64,000 nt of DNA from Octopus vulgaris (lineage: Eukaryota). Made by a program: the position numbers and the translations under genes. The notes under the pieces are model-generated. The model saw nothing but the letters and a program-made list of their open reading frames with translations. It did no database searches and was not told where the DNA came from. Below are positions 35,531-50,721 of the stretch, one piece after another (positions within the stretch are counted from its first letter, which is position 1; each line of letters starts with the position of its first letter). The stretch covers positions 55,304,001 through 55,368,000 of the forward strand of contig OX597823.1 in assembly GCA_951406725.2 (NCBI GenBank), read 5' to 3'.

Positions 35531-35739
35531 CATATATATATATATATACATACATATATACACATATACACATATATATATACATATATACATACATATA
35601 TACATATATACACATGCATATATATATATGGATACACACATGCACGTATATATATGTGCAAATATAATAGATATGTACGTAAATGTGCATTGGTCCACTA
35701 GACGTAATAAATATGTGTGTGTGTGTGTGCATTTATGTG

Positions 35740-35802
<63 letters not shown>

Positions 35803-36454
35803 GAAAATACACACGCAAGTGTGCACAATCACTCATACACGTACACGTATACTGCCTGGTAGGTAGTGCTTGAATTCAGCTTAAAGAACATTCATGTCGT
35901 ACATGCTTCTGGTTCAAAAGAACAATACAATCCAACATTATTCAATAAATAATCTGAAAATCTTTCAGCACATGTAATTTCTTGTCTATTTGTTTGATTT
36001 TTCAAACGGCATGTAATTAAGGACTCGACAAAGTTTTCGTTCTCAGTTAATGACAGAATCTACACCACCAAGAATTTTTTACATATGCAGCAAATGAAAT
36101 ATACAGTAATACGCGCTTGGGTTTGCTTGAAGAAGGAAAATAAATATTAAAAAATGGAAAATAAAATAAAACAGTTTTCAGGTTTTTTTTTTTAATCGAG
36201 GACGTATTAAGTGATTTTGATCCTAATTGGAATAAAGTATCAAACATTTCGCGCTGATTAAACGCGACGTCCACGCTTCTGTCATGTGTGATTCTAATTT
36301 TATGTAGGACTTTGTCTCAGATCAGTGTGATCTATTCATAGAAGAAAGAAAAGAAGGAATGAGAAGGAAAAGAGAGAGAGAGGAAAAGAATGAGATTGAG
36401 AGTGCGTGTTTATGTGTGGATCTTTGTCATTTGAGAAATATCAAACAGGAACAA

Positions 36455-36890
36455 GGCGGCGAGCTGGCAGAATCGTTAGCACGCCGGGAGATTTCGTCTG
36501 CCGTTACGTTCTGAGTTCAAATTCCGCCGAGGTCGACTTTGCCTTACATGCTTTCGGGGTCGATAAATTAAGTTCCAGTTACGCACTGGGGTCGATGTAA
36601 TCGACTTAATCCGTTTGTCTGTCCTTGTTTGTCCTTTCTTTGTATAGCCCCTTGTGGGCAATAAAGAAATAAGAAACGTTAGCACGCCGGGTGAAATGCG
36701 TAGCCGTATTTCGTCTGCCGTTACGTTCTGAGTTCAAATTCCGCCGAGGTCGACTTTGCCTTACATGCTTTCGGGGTCGACAAATTAAGTACCAGTTACG
36801 CACTGGGATCGATGTAATCGACTTAATCCGTTTGTCTGTCCTTGTTTGTCCCCTCTGTGTTTAGCCCCTTGTGGGTAGTAAATAAAACTA
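36455..36890 (+). mobile_element. Young SINE family A inserted into another family A copy
   Basis: AGAA(T/A)CGTTAGCACGCCGGG is duplicated around a truncated copy whose tail is TAGCCCCTTGTGGGCAATAAAGAAATA. Confidence 0.85.
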
Positions 36891-36894
36891 TCAA

Positions 36895-37220
36895 ACAGGA
36901 ACTTCGTCGGTTACGACAACGAGTGTTCCAGTTGATTCGATCAACGGAACAGCCTGCTCATGAAATTAACGTGCAAGTAGCTGAACACTCCACGCATATG
37001 CGTACACTTAACGAAGTTCTGCAAGAGATTCAGTGTGGCGCAAAATGTGACACGGCTGGCCCTTTTGAATTACAGCTACTACTCATTTTTGCCGGTTGAA
37101 AGGACTGGAAGAACCTAGAATAAAGTGTCTTGCTCAAGAACACAACATGCCGCCATGAATCGAACTCGTGACTTTGCGTCGTCAGCCGAATACCCTGACC
37201 ACTACGCCATGCGCCTTCAC
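36895..37220 (-). mobile_element. SINE family C
   Basis: Minus-strand head GTGAAGGCGCATGGCGTAGTGGTCAGGGTATTCGGC...GAGTTCGATTC, then TTGTGTTCTTGAGCAAGACACTTTATT. Confidence 0.75.
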
Positions 37221-38261
37221 TTTGACAAAATATCTATGGAATCATCAACACATCATTAGCCAGTGTTGGGGGTAGGGTGGCTCTAATACGTGATCTTTCA
37301 CCTTGCAGGAGATAGATGTCAAATTGTTCCGGAAAGCATATCTTATCAGGTTAAAATGACACACATTAGCTAGTGTAACCTGGTGTAGAGTAATTTTAGA
37401 AAAAATATAAAAAGTTGGAATGGTCACAGATGGCTACGATGCTTTTGATCATTAATTTTTCCAGCCACAGCTGACAGTGTGCTAATCATGAAGAACATCA
37501 CCCTCCTCCTCCCCTCCTCCCTTTCCCCCTCCTCCTCCTCCTCATTATAGTCATACCCATCATCGTTGGTATCGGCATTTGGGAGTGTCCATGGTATAAT
37601 TGTCTTCGTCGTCATTGTCACTATCTACATTATCGACTCCATCATCATTGTCATTTACTTCCTCCTCCGCCTCTTCCTCATTCTCTCCCTCCTCCTCCTC
37701 GACTTCATCATCATCATCATCATCGACGTTGTTGTCGTTGTCCTCGTCGTCATATTTGAATAACCTTTCGTTCTCTTTCCAGTTAATCAAAGATTGAATG
37801 GTTTGAGAAATTCAACATCACTCAGTTGTTATGCGAAATGAATTTAAATATTTCAGTCGAAATATATTTCTCAATTCGAAGCTCAGCTTGAAGCTCAACG
37901 CTTTTCGTTCTAAGTTCAAATCCTGCCGTGGCGCTCATGTTCTTTCGAAGATCTAGAAAGTAGTCATTGGTCAAATACTGTTTCAATTAAATTTGTTGTC
38001 ATGGTGGTGGATTGGTAGAATCGTTAAAAAGACTAAATGGCCTGCGTTACATCCTGAGTTTAGATTGAGTTGGAGTCGACTCTACCACTCACCTCTCCGA
38101 GATCGATACAAAAGTGTATTAATGTACTGCTGGAATCGTTGTAATCGCGTAGATAAGAAACACTATTCTTAATCGACTTACATTTCCCTTAAAATGCTAG
38201 CCTTGTGCCAACATTTGAAACCATTATTATTATCAACATCAGCATCACCATCATCTGTATG

Positions 38262-38311
<50 letters not shown>

Positions 38312-38507
38312 CATTATTATTATTATTATTATTCCTTCTTTCTTCAAATTTTCTCCCGTTTCTCGCCGAGTGTTTTCCATATACCTACGGCAGAGAAGCT
38401 CATTGTATGCATTCCCAGATTACACACGCAAACTCACTGGTAAAATATGTATTTCAAAAAAGTAATAAATAAATAAATTCATGAATGGATGTTTCATGAA
38501 TGATTAA

Positions 38508-38561
<54 letters not shown>

Positions 38562-38814
38562 TACTATTATTATCATCATCATCATCATCATCATCGTCAT
38601 CATCATTTTGTTTCCATTTCTTCCCGGGTGTCTTTCCGACAGCAAGGACAAAGAAACTCACCGTAGACATTCGTAGGCCATGGAAATAAACACAGCAGAT
38701 TGTTCATTTACAAAGTCAGGTGACAGAAAAACAAAGGGAAGAAATACAGAGAGAAAAAAATAAAGAAAAAATGAAAAAAGAAGTCAATGAAAAAAGGAAT
38801 AAAGGAACAAAAAT

Positions 38815-38967
38815 TTACAGCGATCTTAACTGATCCAGTTAAGATAATCTTTTGCACTTCCTGTATGGATAGTAAGCCAGAGATCATCCTCAAATAATTT
38901 CATTTCCTCTTTTGGTCATTGCAAGTGTTCCTACAATCATTGGTATCGTAACCATCTTACTAGAAAG

Positions 38968-38970
<3 letters not shown>
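38815..38970 (-). mobile_element. R4/Dong-like REL C-terminal remnant beside (TAA)n
   Basis: Minus frames VTIPMIVGTLAMTKRG and ISGLLSIQEVQKIILTGSVKIA. Confidence 0.55.
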
Positions 38971-39035
<65 letters not shown>

Positions 39036-39076
39036 TATTATCATCATCATCATCATCATCATCATCGTCATTAATG

Positions 39077-39365
39077 TGGAGAGCTGGCAGAATCGTTAGT
39101 ATGCCGAACAAAATGCTTAGAGGCATTTCGTCTGCTTTGACATTCTGAGTTCAGATTCCACCGAGGGCAGCTTTGCGTTTCATCCTCCGAGGTCGATAAA
39201 ATAATTATCGGTTGAGCATTCAGGTCGATGTAATTGACTTATCTATCCCCGAAGATGCCAAAATTACTACTACTACTACTACTACTAGTAGTAGTAGTAG
39301 TAGTAGTAGTAATTACTACTAGTAGTAGTAATTACTACTAGTAGTAGTAGTAGTAGTAGTAGTAG

Positions 39366-39409
<44 letters not shown>

Positions 39410-39630
39410 TTACTACTACTACGAACTGGAGAATCATTAGGGCTTCAGAAAATGGCCTTGTGTATTTATTCCGGTTAGTTATACTGTAAGTTCAAATCTC
39501 GCAAAGGTCAACTTCGCCTTTCAGCTCTCCGGGGTCGATAGAATAAATTAACAATCTAGTACATGACTGGATATTCTCGACTATTGCTCTCTCCTCCAAA
39601 TTTCTGGCCTTGGGCCACAAACAGAAAAAT
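39077..39630 (+). mobile_element. Two SINE family A copies separated by an (ACT)n/(AGT)n tract
   Basis: Heads GAGCTGGCAGAATCGTTAG (39082) and GAACTGGAGAATCATTAG (39423), each with the family core. Confidence 0.75.
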
Positions 39631-39648
39631 TATTACAAACAGAAAAAA

Positions 39649-39705
<57 letters not shown>

Positions 39706-39965
39706 CATCATCATCATCATCATCATGATTATTATTATTGTTGTTGATATTATTATTATCATTATTGTTGTTGTTGTTGTTGCATAGTCGTTGTCGTTAT
39801 CATCCTTAATGTTACATACATTCGTACGTAAATGCGTACATTAAGATATATCCAAATAAAGTAAAATTTAATACGAATAGTTACAGAAACGTATATGCGC
39901 AGGAATATGTATATATATGAATTCACCTGTACATGTATGATGTGTAATGGTGTGTGTGTGCATCC

Positions 39966-40033
<68 letters not shown>

Positions 40034-40311
40034 TGGAACACAGATGTTACAATTTCTCTGTTCAATAATATATAATTCCATTATAGAGCCAAAGGAACTA
40101 AGCCCCAAAATGTTGGTTGATCGTTAAAAACAAATTGAATGGCTGTTTAATATCCAGACATTTTCTATAGATATTTTGGTCCACTGTCGCAAATTGAAAT
40201 ATTGCAAAGAGAACCGTATTGGGGGATTTTGTTGAGCGAGACGTAAGCCTATGCGTTTACAAAGTGTGCTTAAGCAATTGGTATATATATATATACATAC
40301 ATACACACACA

Positions 40312-40375
<64 letters not shown>

Positions 40376-40464
40376 CTATATGTATATATATAATTAAAAT
40401 AATAATAATAATAATAGTAGTAATATTAGTAGTGATAATGATGATGATGATAATAATAATAATA

Positions 40465-40546
<82 letters not shown>

Positions 40547-40569
40547 TAATAATAATAATAATAATAAAT

Positions 40570-40635
<66 letters not shown>

Positions 40636-40842
40636 AATAATAATAATAATAGTAGTAATATTAATGTCCCCGCAGTCAGAAACGCACCACACGTTATAGC
40701 TATGTATTGCCAGAGTCTCGAGTTATCAGTTGCAATATTCAAAAATGAATTAATTCACTTCATCTGCGCCTTCTCGACCTCCGTCTCCCCATCACTCACT
40801 CTTACCCTACTATCTATCTCTCTTTCACAGGCACACACACAT

Positions 40843-40920
<78 letters not shown>

Positions 40921-40923
<3 letters not shown>

Positions 40924-41125
40924 CGGAGATGAACTTGCATAGCGAGTGACTTGATCTGAGATTGTGTAGCTGGAACGAAAACACGGATCTTTGTCAGTGA
41001 ACATGTCGCGGTCTGAAAGCGACGAAAATATTTTGACAAATTCGATTTAAATGTTGAAGTGAATCTAACGGTTTTTGTGTGTTTCTTAAATGGCTTATAA
41101 ACACCTTCCACGCTGCAATAGGTAT
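40921..41125. repeat. Interspersed repeat between (TA)n tracts (second copy at 52200-52300)
   Basis: TTTGTCAGTGAACA.GTCGC...AAAGCGACGAAAATATTTTGACAAATT.ATTTAAATGTTGAAGTGAATCTAACGGTTTTT is shared by both loci. Confidence 0.8.
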
Positions 41126-41174
41126 ATATATATATATATATACGTATATATCAAAGTCACAAACAGACATAAAT

Positions 41175-41228
<54 letters not shown>

Positions 41229-41371
41229 AGAGGTTTCGTAGATCAAGCAGAGAAAATAAATTATGACTATATATATGTGCCCGTGCGTGTATGTATGTAT
41301 ATAAACTCTTTAATCAATGGAAACTTGCAAAAGTGACTAAAGTGCCAAATATCTTGCTCAGCTCTTAATAA

Positions 41372-41420
<49 letters not shown>

Positions 41421-41457
41421 GTGTAATCGTGTGCGTATCTGTGTATTTGTGTGTACG

Positions 41458-41499
<42 letters not shown>

Positions 41500-42325
41500 T
41501 GTTTGCGTCTATACTTCTATCTGTGTCTGTTTATGTAACTGTGTGTGTATGTGAAACTGTTCATAAAATGCTTCACGCTGGTATAAGCAGGCATTAGCTG
41601 AACATCGGATTAATACTTGGAAGGACCAGCACATTTTAACCCTCACCTCCTAATCAGAGCAGACAAACTTCCACAGGAGAAAAAAAAAGTTAGCTTAAGA
41701 GTTCCGCAGCACTAGCGTGTGATAAAACTTTAAAAGATGTACAAACACGTATATATAGCATTATTAGTATTTATATAATTTCCATGAGATGTTATATAAA
41801 CATAGCCATGAATATACAATCCGAGGCGAAATTTATCCGCAGACAGTTTTTTATAGCTGTTTCAAAAATTTAGCGACTGGTTGATGTAATAATGTGTATT
41901 GCGCAAACGCATGTGTATATTTATGCAGCAATATACGATTTTTGAACACATAAACATGAAATCCAATGTATCCAAGCCAGAAGCTTTGAAGCGCCGATTT
42001 TTCTGCTTCAGAAGTATGAGTGAAGCCATTTGTAAATTATTACAATAGGTAAGCATGCGTACACGCTGACGTTCACGCACGCAAACATTGATACAAACCT
42101 ACACATACATTTAGAGATGAATAAATATTGAATAGATGTGATATAAAGTAAAACTCTCGACTGATTGAACTTATTTCCCTGAGAGAAAAGCCAACAAGTG
42201 CCCCATTGGCAATCGAAAAGAAATAACTCTGCATGAGAAAGGGAGATAATCGCAACAATCAAGAATTTCTCCGAATCTGACATGCGAAAGAACAGTCTGA
42301 CATTTTTTGAAAACGAGAGGAAATT

Positions 42326-42365
42326 TGTGGACATGGTTTTGGCCTACGAAGGCGTCATCAGTATA
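42326..42365 (-). ncRNA. Degenerate hammerhead motif
   Basis: Minus strand ATA-CTGATGA-CGCCT(TCGT)AGGCC-AAAAC-CAT-GTC-CACA. G12 is mutated and stem I is disrupted. Confidence 0.45.
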
Positions 42366-42640
42366 GCAATGGCCCTACGTTGACGATAACAGAGGTGAAC
42401 CTAGGATAATCTGCATAATTTAAACCGAAATATACTAAGAAATACTTTAGTGTATACAGTGGTAGGAATATGGACAGGACCATATTATATATGTATATGC
42501 ATACGTGTGTGTGTGCGTGCGCACGCGTGCATGTGAGTGTGAGTGTGTGACCGTGTGTGTTTATGTATATATATAAATACAGATACATATATGTGTATGT
42601 ATGTATGTATCTATCTATCTGTCTGTCTATCTATTAATAA

Positions 42641-42676
<36 letters not shown>

Positions 42677-42771
42677 TAGCATTTATGTATGTATATGTAT
42701 ATGTATAGATTAATGAATGTATATATTGATCAGTATGAAGCTTCAGTTTATTATATACTAATTATATAGAC

Positions 42772-42890
<119 letters not shown>

Positions 42891-43273
42891 CGTGTGTGTG
42901 TGTGTGTATATATATATATATCTGTTTGTATATCCATCTATTTATCTATCTCTCTATATCTATCTGTTTAGTGTGTGTGTGCGTGTGTTACACTTTAGTC
43001 AACATATGCTAATGAGTTCCTCGATTACTTACACGTTAAATTTTGTTTTTACTTCCCTTCTACTCTATATTGTTACATCTATGCATACTCTGATTGGATC
43101 TAGCGTTTATTTCTTGTCATAGAGACAGACATGTTAAACGAACTCACGGTGATGACATAATGTCATTATGAATGACGTCACAGCCCTGGGGGGAAAGCGA
43201 AACGAAGACAGGAAGTGAGAAAAATCATAGATACCTTAACAAAGATTGATGGCAGGCGTACATACTTATACAT

Positions 43274-43604
<331 letters not shown>

Positions 43605-43654
43605 GCATACGTATATATACGTGTGTATATATATGCATATATACATATACATAC

Positions 43655-43685
<31 letters not shown>

Positions 43686-44141
43686 CGTATATGTATATGT
43701 ATGTAGGGAGGAGTGTATACACACACAACGATATAGTAAAATGAAAGAGATAGTGAGGAAGAATAAGGGAGATAATAGGAAGAAGAAATGTTTGTAGGGG
43801 TAGCAGTACGCTTTAATTTCCTGCCACAAATAAATGGAGAGTGTATAAGAGTAAGTTGATGAGTTGGTTGGAATCAATAAGTGATAATTTTCTATCTAAC
43901 AATGAGATATTCACCATCAGCTTGTTTATAGCGCTTCTAGTGTATATGATTTCCAAAGTAGAAAATGGCAGAAGAGATGGAGACGATGTTTAGTATTGAA
44001 GCAAAGTATAAATGCTACATACATATATACACATATATACAAAAATATATTCACACGCAGACACACACACACACACACATATATATGTATATATCTATGT
44101 GTATATATATATATTTTATATATATATATATATGTATGTTT

Positions 44142-44234
<93 letters not shown>

Positions 44235-44256
44235 TAATATTAATAATAGTAGTAGC

Positions 44257-44308
<52 letters not shown>

Positions 44309-44357
44309 TGTATATGTGTACATATTTATATACATATATATATATATATATATACAC

Positions 44358-44390
<33 letters not shown>

Positions 44391-44405
44391 GATAGATAGA
44401 TAGAT

Positions 44406-44501
<96 letters not shown>

Positions 44502-44712
44502 GGGTATATTCATCAGATGATATACACGCACATATAACCACCTCCACAAACGCCTATATATGTCAACGAGAATACAATAAATCATATGAGAAAAAGAAAG
44601 TCAAATGTTAGTAAATAAAAATTGATCATTACAATTTCAGACAGTATGTGTGTATATATGTTCATGTGAATGTAAGTATGTGTTTATATATAAGTATATA
44701 TGTATATGTATG

Positions 44713-44744
<32 letters not shown>

Positions 44745-44762
44745 TGTATGTATGTATGTATG

Positions 44763-44806
<44 letters not shown>

Positions 44807-44876
44807 TAAATATAAAGCACACACATAAATATATACATACATGCAGACATACAAACATATATAGACATACATGCAG

Positions 44877-44970
<94 letters not shown>

Positions 44971-45515
44971 GACAGGGACAGAGAGAGAAAGAGAGAGGGA
45001 AAAAGAGAGAGAGAGAGGTATGTATATGCATATGTATTTATGTGTGTGTATCTTGATACATAACATTACATTTATGTTCGTCTATATAATATGTGTATGT
45101 GTGTGTGTGTGTGTCTATGCTCAGTTATAATAAACAGAATTTTACTTTAATCTGATAGGTTACTCTAAACATTTGTAGAGTAACCCGACGTCTGCTTAAG
45201 TAGCCGAAACTTCGAAGTCGCTGTCAATAATATTCTTGTTTATGAATTTGGATGGACTTCATTGAAACAGTGAAAAATAAAGTCATATTACGAAAGACAT
45301 GACTAATATAGCATTAAATCACTTGTCCTTATACTATTTGTAGGCTGAGTCACTTAATAACTCTCACGTGTAATGGCAGATATGAAAAAAATTCTTCGAG
45401 GTGTTCTCCATTGGGGCCTATCAACAAATTTAAATAGAAAGAGTGCAAAATAAACGATGCTGTTTCCGAGATGAAGCACTAGTAGTACGCAAAGCGCTAT
45501 TTTCAATTAGTCTAC

Positions 45516-45579
<64 letters not shown>

Positions 45580-45895
45580 TATATATACCAATTAAGGACT
45601 GAACACGAAAAGTGGACAGTCAACATGCTAGACATAGACGTCAAATCGCCATTCTCCACAAAGATTATGTTCTCAAATAAAATAAAATTCAGCACAAACC
45701 AAAGCAATAAATAAGACAAATGAAAATATACGAAATGAAATAATCACCTATGTACCGATCAGTTTCAGTTATTAATATCCGCAAGGATATCTGTAACTTC
45801 GTCAGCATAGTCTGTTATGAACATAATTTGCTGGACTAGATGCAAAAAACGATACCGGAGTGCCGCATGCATAAAGTACAACCGATTAAGTTCGA

Positions 45896-45970
<75 letters not shown>

Positions 45971-46894
45971 AATATATATATATAGGGCGGTCTTCTTTCA
46001 GTTTCCGTCAACCAAATCATCTCATAGGGCTTTGTTCGGTCCGTGTCTATTGTCGTAGATACTTTACCAAGCTGCTACGCAGTGGAACAGAACCCAAAAC
46101 CGTGTGATTTAGAAGCAAACATCTTACCACGCAGCTATGTCATGACCTGGAACTAAGCGACAGGAATATGCTAAAAGCGCCTACAATCCCAATAACTTAA
46201 AACTGTTTGGTAAAAGATTCAACAGCGCAAACCTGTTGCATTCTATATCAACTTACACTCTTTGCTTGTTAACCCTTTCACAATCTTTATTTCTTAAAAA
46301 CGTTTAACACAAGATACAGAAAATGAACTTAATTCTGCATTTGGTTGGACAAATGTTTATCAAGCAACATTTTCACATTTTAAAACGAGCTCTTGCTGAG
46401 AAACTTACTGCAGGGAATTTTGATGCCAACAAAATGTCACTTTGACCACCGATGCTAGCAAGAATTCTATATGCGCTATTTTATAAAAAGACAGCCACCC
46501 GGTGCTGTATTTATCTAGAAACTTAACTACTGCTCAATCTAATAATTTATACATCAAAAAGCAAACTTAGCAATTATATTGACTACAACCCGAGCTTGTC
46601 AATTTTATTTGCTAGGAAATTCTAGCACAACTCTGACAATTTTTTCTCCTTCTTTGGTCTCCAAAACCAGCAGAGAAAATATATTCTTTCATGACATAGA
46701 GTTTAAAAAACTTGAGGGGATGTACATATTGCATACATATATACATACATACATGCATACATACATACATACAAACATACACACATGCATACACATATAT
46801 ATGCATACACACATGCATACATACATACATACATACATACATACATACATACATACATACAAACATACATACATACATACATACATACATACAT

Positions 46895-46927
<33 letters not shown>

Positions 46928-46949
46928 TACTAGTATATGCATATTTATA

Positions 46950-47385
46950 TATATAAAACTGAGAATGTGTGTCTGTCTGTCTGTGTGTTTCCCTAAAACT
47001 TGAGAACTACACAACCAATTTCATTCAAATTTTACACATGTCTTACTCAGGGTCCGGGAAGTGTCATCGGCAAAAAAACTTTGAACTTTTTGCCTAGGGC
47101 GAGCCCACAGCAATATCATATCTTCTCCACTACGATTCCCTAAAACTTGAGAACTACACAACCAATTCCATTCAAATTTTACACATGCCTTACTTAGGGT
47201 CCATGTAGTTTCATGGGCAAAAAAAATGTTCAACTTCTTGCCTAGAGCGAGCCCATAGCAATATCATATCTCCTCCACTATTTCAGTATTACGTGTTAAA
47301 AGTAAAACAAAAACGTTTCTGTATTTTATGTCAGATACTTTCACTTTAACAATAAAAATAATAATAACAATTGAATGGAGATTTA
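46950..47385 (+). mobile_element. 5' portion of the Helitron-like family seen at 8685, with an internal ~147-bp tandem duplication
   Basis: TATATAAAACTGAGAATGTGTGTCTGTCTG start. TTCCCTAAAACTTGAGAACTACACAACC occurs at 46989 and 47136. Confidence 0.7.
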
Positions 47386-47564
47386 GATAATGGCGACGTG
47401 TGCGGGCCTCATCAGCTCGAAGTGCACAGTAAGTTACAACTTTCATCTGTCAACTATGCTTCAACTTATGCAGGCCTGAGAGGTCGTGGGCAGAAAGTCA
47501 GAAATGCCACTGACAACGGGGAAGCACAAGGAGGCGGCAATCATCTGTGATGATGGAGCAAATA

Positions 47565-47665
<101 letters not shown>

Positions 47666-47777
47666 CTTTATTAAAATTATGTATGTGTACGCATATATAT
47701 ATAGATAATTTTAATAAAACATACTCATATGTATATATGTGTGCCTGTATCTATAGATATACATACACACACACACT

Positions 47778-47836
<59 letters not shown>

Positions 47837-49349
47837 CACACACACGACCCGAGTACTACTTTTGGTCAACAAAAGAGATCGTTCTCAATAGGTACGACTT
47901 GAAAGACATACTTATTGAATTGCGAGCAACAACGTTATCTCTTACAAACAAAACCTACTCCTCTGCTTGGTTAAATTAGGTTATACAAATGGTTTACTTG
48001 TATAAAATAATAGGATTTTGATATAGAACCAAGTTTCGTATGTGGATTACAGCTAGTTTTGTAATCACTTAATTGTTTCAGCTACTAATAATACGGAAAC
48101 TCGATGTTGCTAACGTGTATTAATTTGAACAACATGAAAATACGAATCAGCGATATTCACCAATAACTATTTACATGTAACTTGTAATTATGTATATACA
48201 CTCACGCACGCTCGCACACACGTGTACGCACGCGCCACCCACCCACTCACACACACAATCACACACAGATATATAAAGGGTAAATATGTAATGGATAGAG
48301 TCCATTGGATTATTTGAAACATATTTAACCAAAGAAATTATCTCATTATTATAATTTTTCACTCTTTATTTAATTGTGATGCACACAAACTCACACACGC
48401 ACATACGCACACACACATATTTATACATATATGCACATATACATATTTATATGCATATATACATATAGACATAAATACATATATACATATATATATATTT
48501 ATACATATATATATATTTATACATATATATATATATATATAAATATATACATACATATATACATGCATACATACGTACGTACGTACATACTTATATACAT
48601 AGACGTAAATATACATGTGTGTATGTATATATGCATGTATGTATATAGTAATTAAAGAATGACGAATTATATTCATTATCTACTTTCTTTGCTTACATAT
48701 GTTTCAAACGATTCAGTGAGCTTTGTCCATTACTCACTACGACTTTTTGCATTCTTAATCGATCAATTATTTGATCACTTAATCAATCAATTTACGGAGC
48801 AGATGTGTACGTATGTGTGTGTGTGTTTGTACTCGTATACATACATACATACATACATATATATACATACATACATACATGCATACATGCATACATACAT
48901 GCATGCATACATGCATACATACATACACACGAATGCGCACTCACACAGAGAGAAAGAGAGAGAGAGAGAGAGATACATATACACCCTCCAAATGAAGTGA
49001 TTTCTCTCTATATATATGGCTTCATGTTAGAATTCACACACCACTGGAAACAATGAAAGCAGTGTAAAATCAGCAATTGTTTAGAAATTGACTTCCAATC
49101 CTGCTTGAAAATTATAGCTCCGAGTCTTCTACTAATAAGACTGTCTAGCTAAAATACATAAAAGCGAAATTAATGTTCGCTTTAATATAATACCAGGGTA
49201 GAGACATAAAATCTGTATGATGACATATTATGTAAGCAATAGAACATCAACATTCTACAGTGATCAACGTTGATTGGTTGACCTGGTGAGTCACATTTTT
49301 ACTTTCATCACTGCTGCTTATTAAGAATCCAGATAAATTATATCCAGGT

Positions 49350-49640
49350 AGCCTAGTCGTTAGGGTGTTGCACTTACGATCACTACGTCGTGAGTTCAAT
49401 TCCCTGACCGAGCGGCGCGTTGTGTTCTTTAGCAAAACACTTGATTTCATGTTACTCCAGTCCACTCAGCTGTAAATGGATAACCCTGCAACCGAAATAC
49501 CCTTCTGACAAGAGGTAGAATGTTGGTCAGCTCACCTAGCCAGCAGGGTGGTATCTGTTGACAGCTAAAACAATAAGAAGCGCATTGTGATCAGCGATGT
49601 TTAACAACATCTGATAGTCTGGTCGATATCGTGACATAGA
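49350..49640 (+). mobile_element. SINE family C
   Basis: GCCTAGTCGTTAGGGTGTTGCAC...GAGTTCAATTCCC...TTGTGTTCTTTAGCAAAACACTT...CACTCAGCTGTAAATG. Confidence 0.7.
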
Positions 49641-50004
49641 TGTGCACATACACACACACGTATATGCAGCCTGTTGTTGGAAAGTACACACGTTCTTTAA
49701 ACAAGTATCCTTTCTTTGCTGGTTTCTCTTTTTCTTATCTTTTACATCTCCCTTTCTTGGTATACATTTTACTGTGCACGGCATTTTATGTTGATTTTAT
49801 TTTCCTGTGATTAGATGTCGTTCACCAAATTAGGAATCCTTACCCACCTGTTGCAAACTCTCCCGTTCTCCAACTGTCCGTCTCGCATTTCCCTCGTTCC
49901 GTTTATGCTATCTCGCTCCCTCTTTCAATGTCTATCTGTCTCTCTCTCTGTCTGTCTTTCTTTCTCTATATCTGCCTGTATGTCTCTCTGTATATATATG
50001 CATG

Positions 50005-50301
<297 letters not shown>

Positions 50302-50386
50302 AATTGATATGAACAGCTGAGCGCAATGTGATACCATAAAGGAAAAGTTCAAACGTCACAAAGTGTGAGTAAGGGTGCCGACGCTC

Positions 50387-50435
<49 letters not shown>

Positions 50436-50721
50436 CATACACACATACATACATGCATAAGGTGCCCGGCTGATTCGCACATTACAAACGCAATTTGTGA
50501 GTGGAACAGTAAAAATATGCAAGACGTTTCTCAAGTTCTAAATGTGAATTTGTCTGTGTTAACTACATCCCAAAGATGGAGCCTTGTATCTTTGTTGGAA
50601 ACCGGCTCCCTCCTCAGTGAAAGATTTATGATAATAAAAAAAACCAGAAGAGACATACATTTATACACAGACATTCATATATATATTCTATTAAATTGTA
50701 TTATATCATCATATGTTTAAT

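Noticed and set aside
45150-45230. Hammerhead suggested by GAAAC-TTCGAA-GTC
   Set aside because: No CUGANGA core or matching stem I/II at the required positions.
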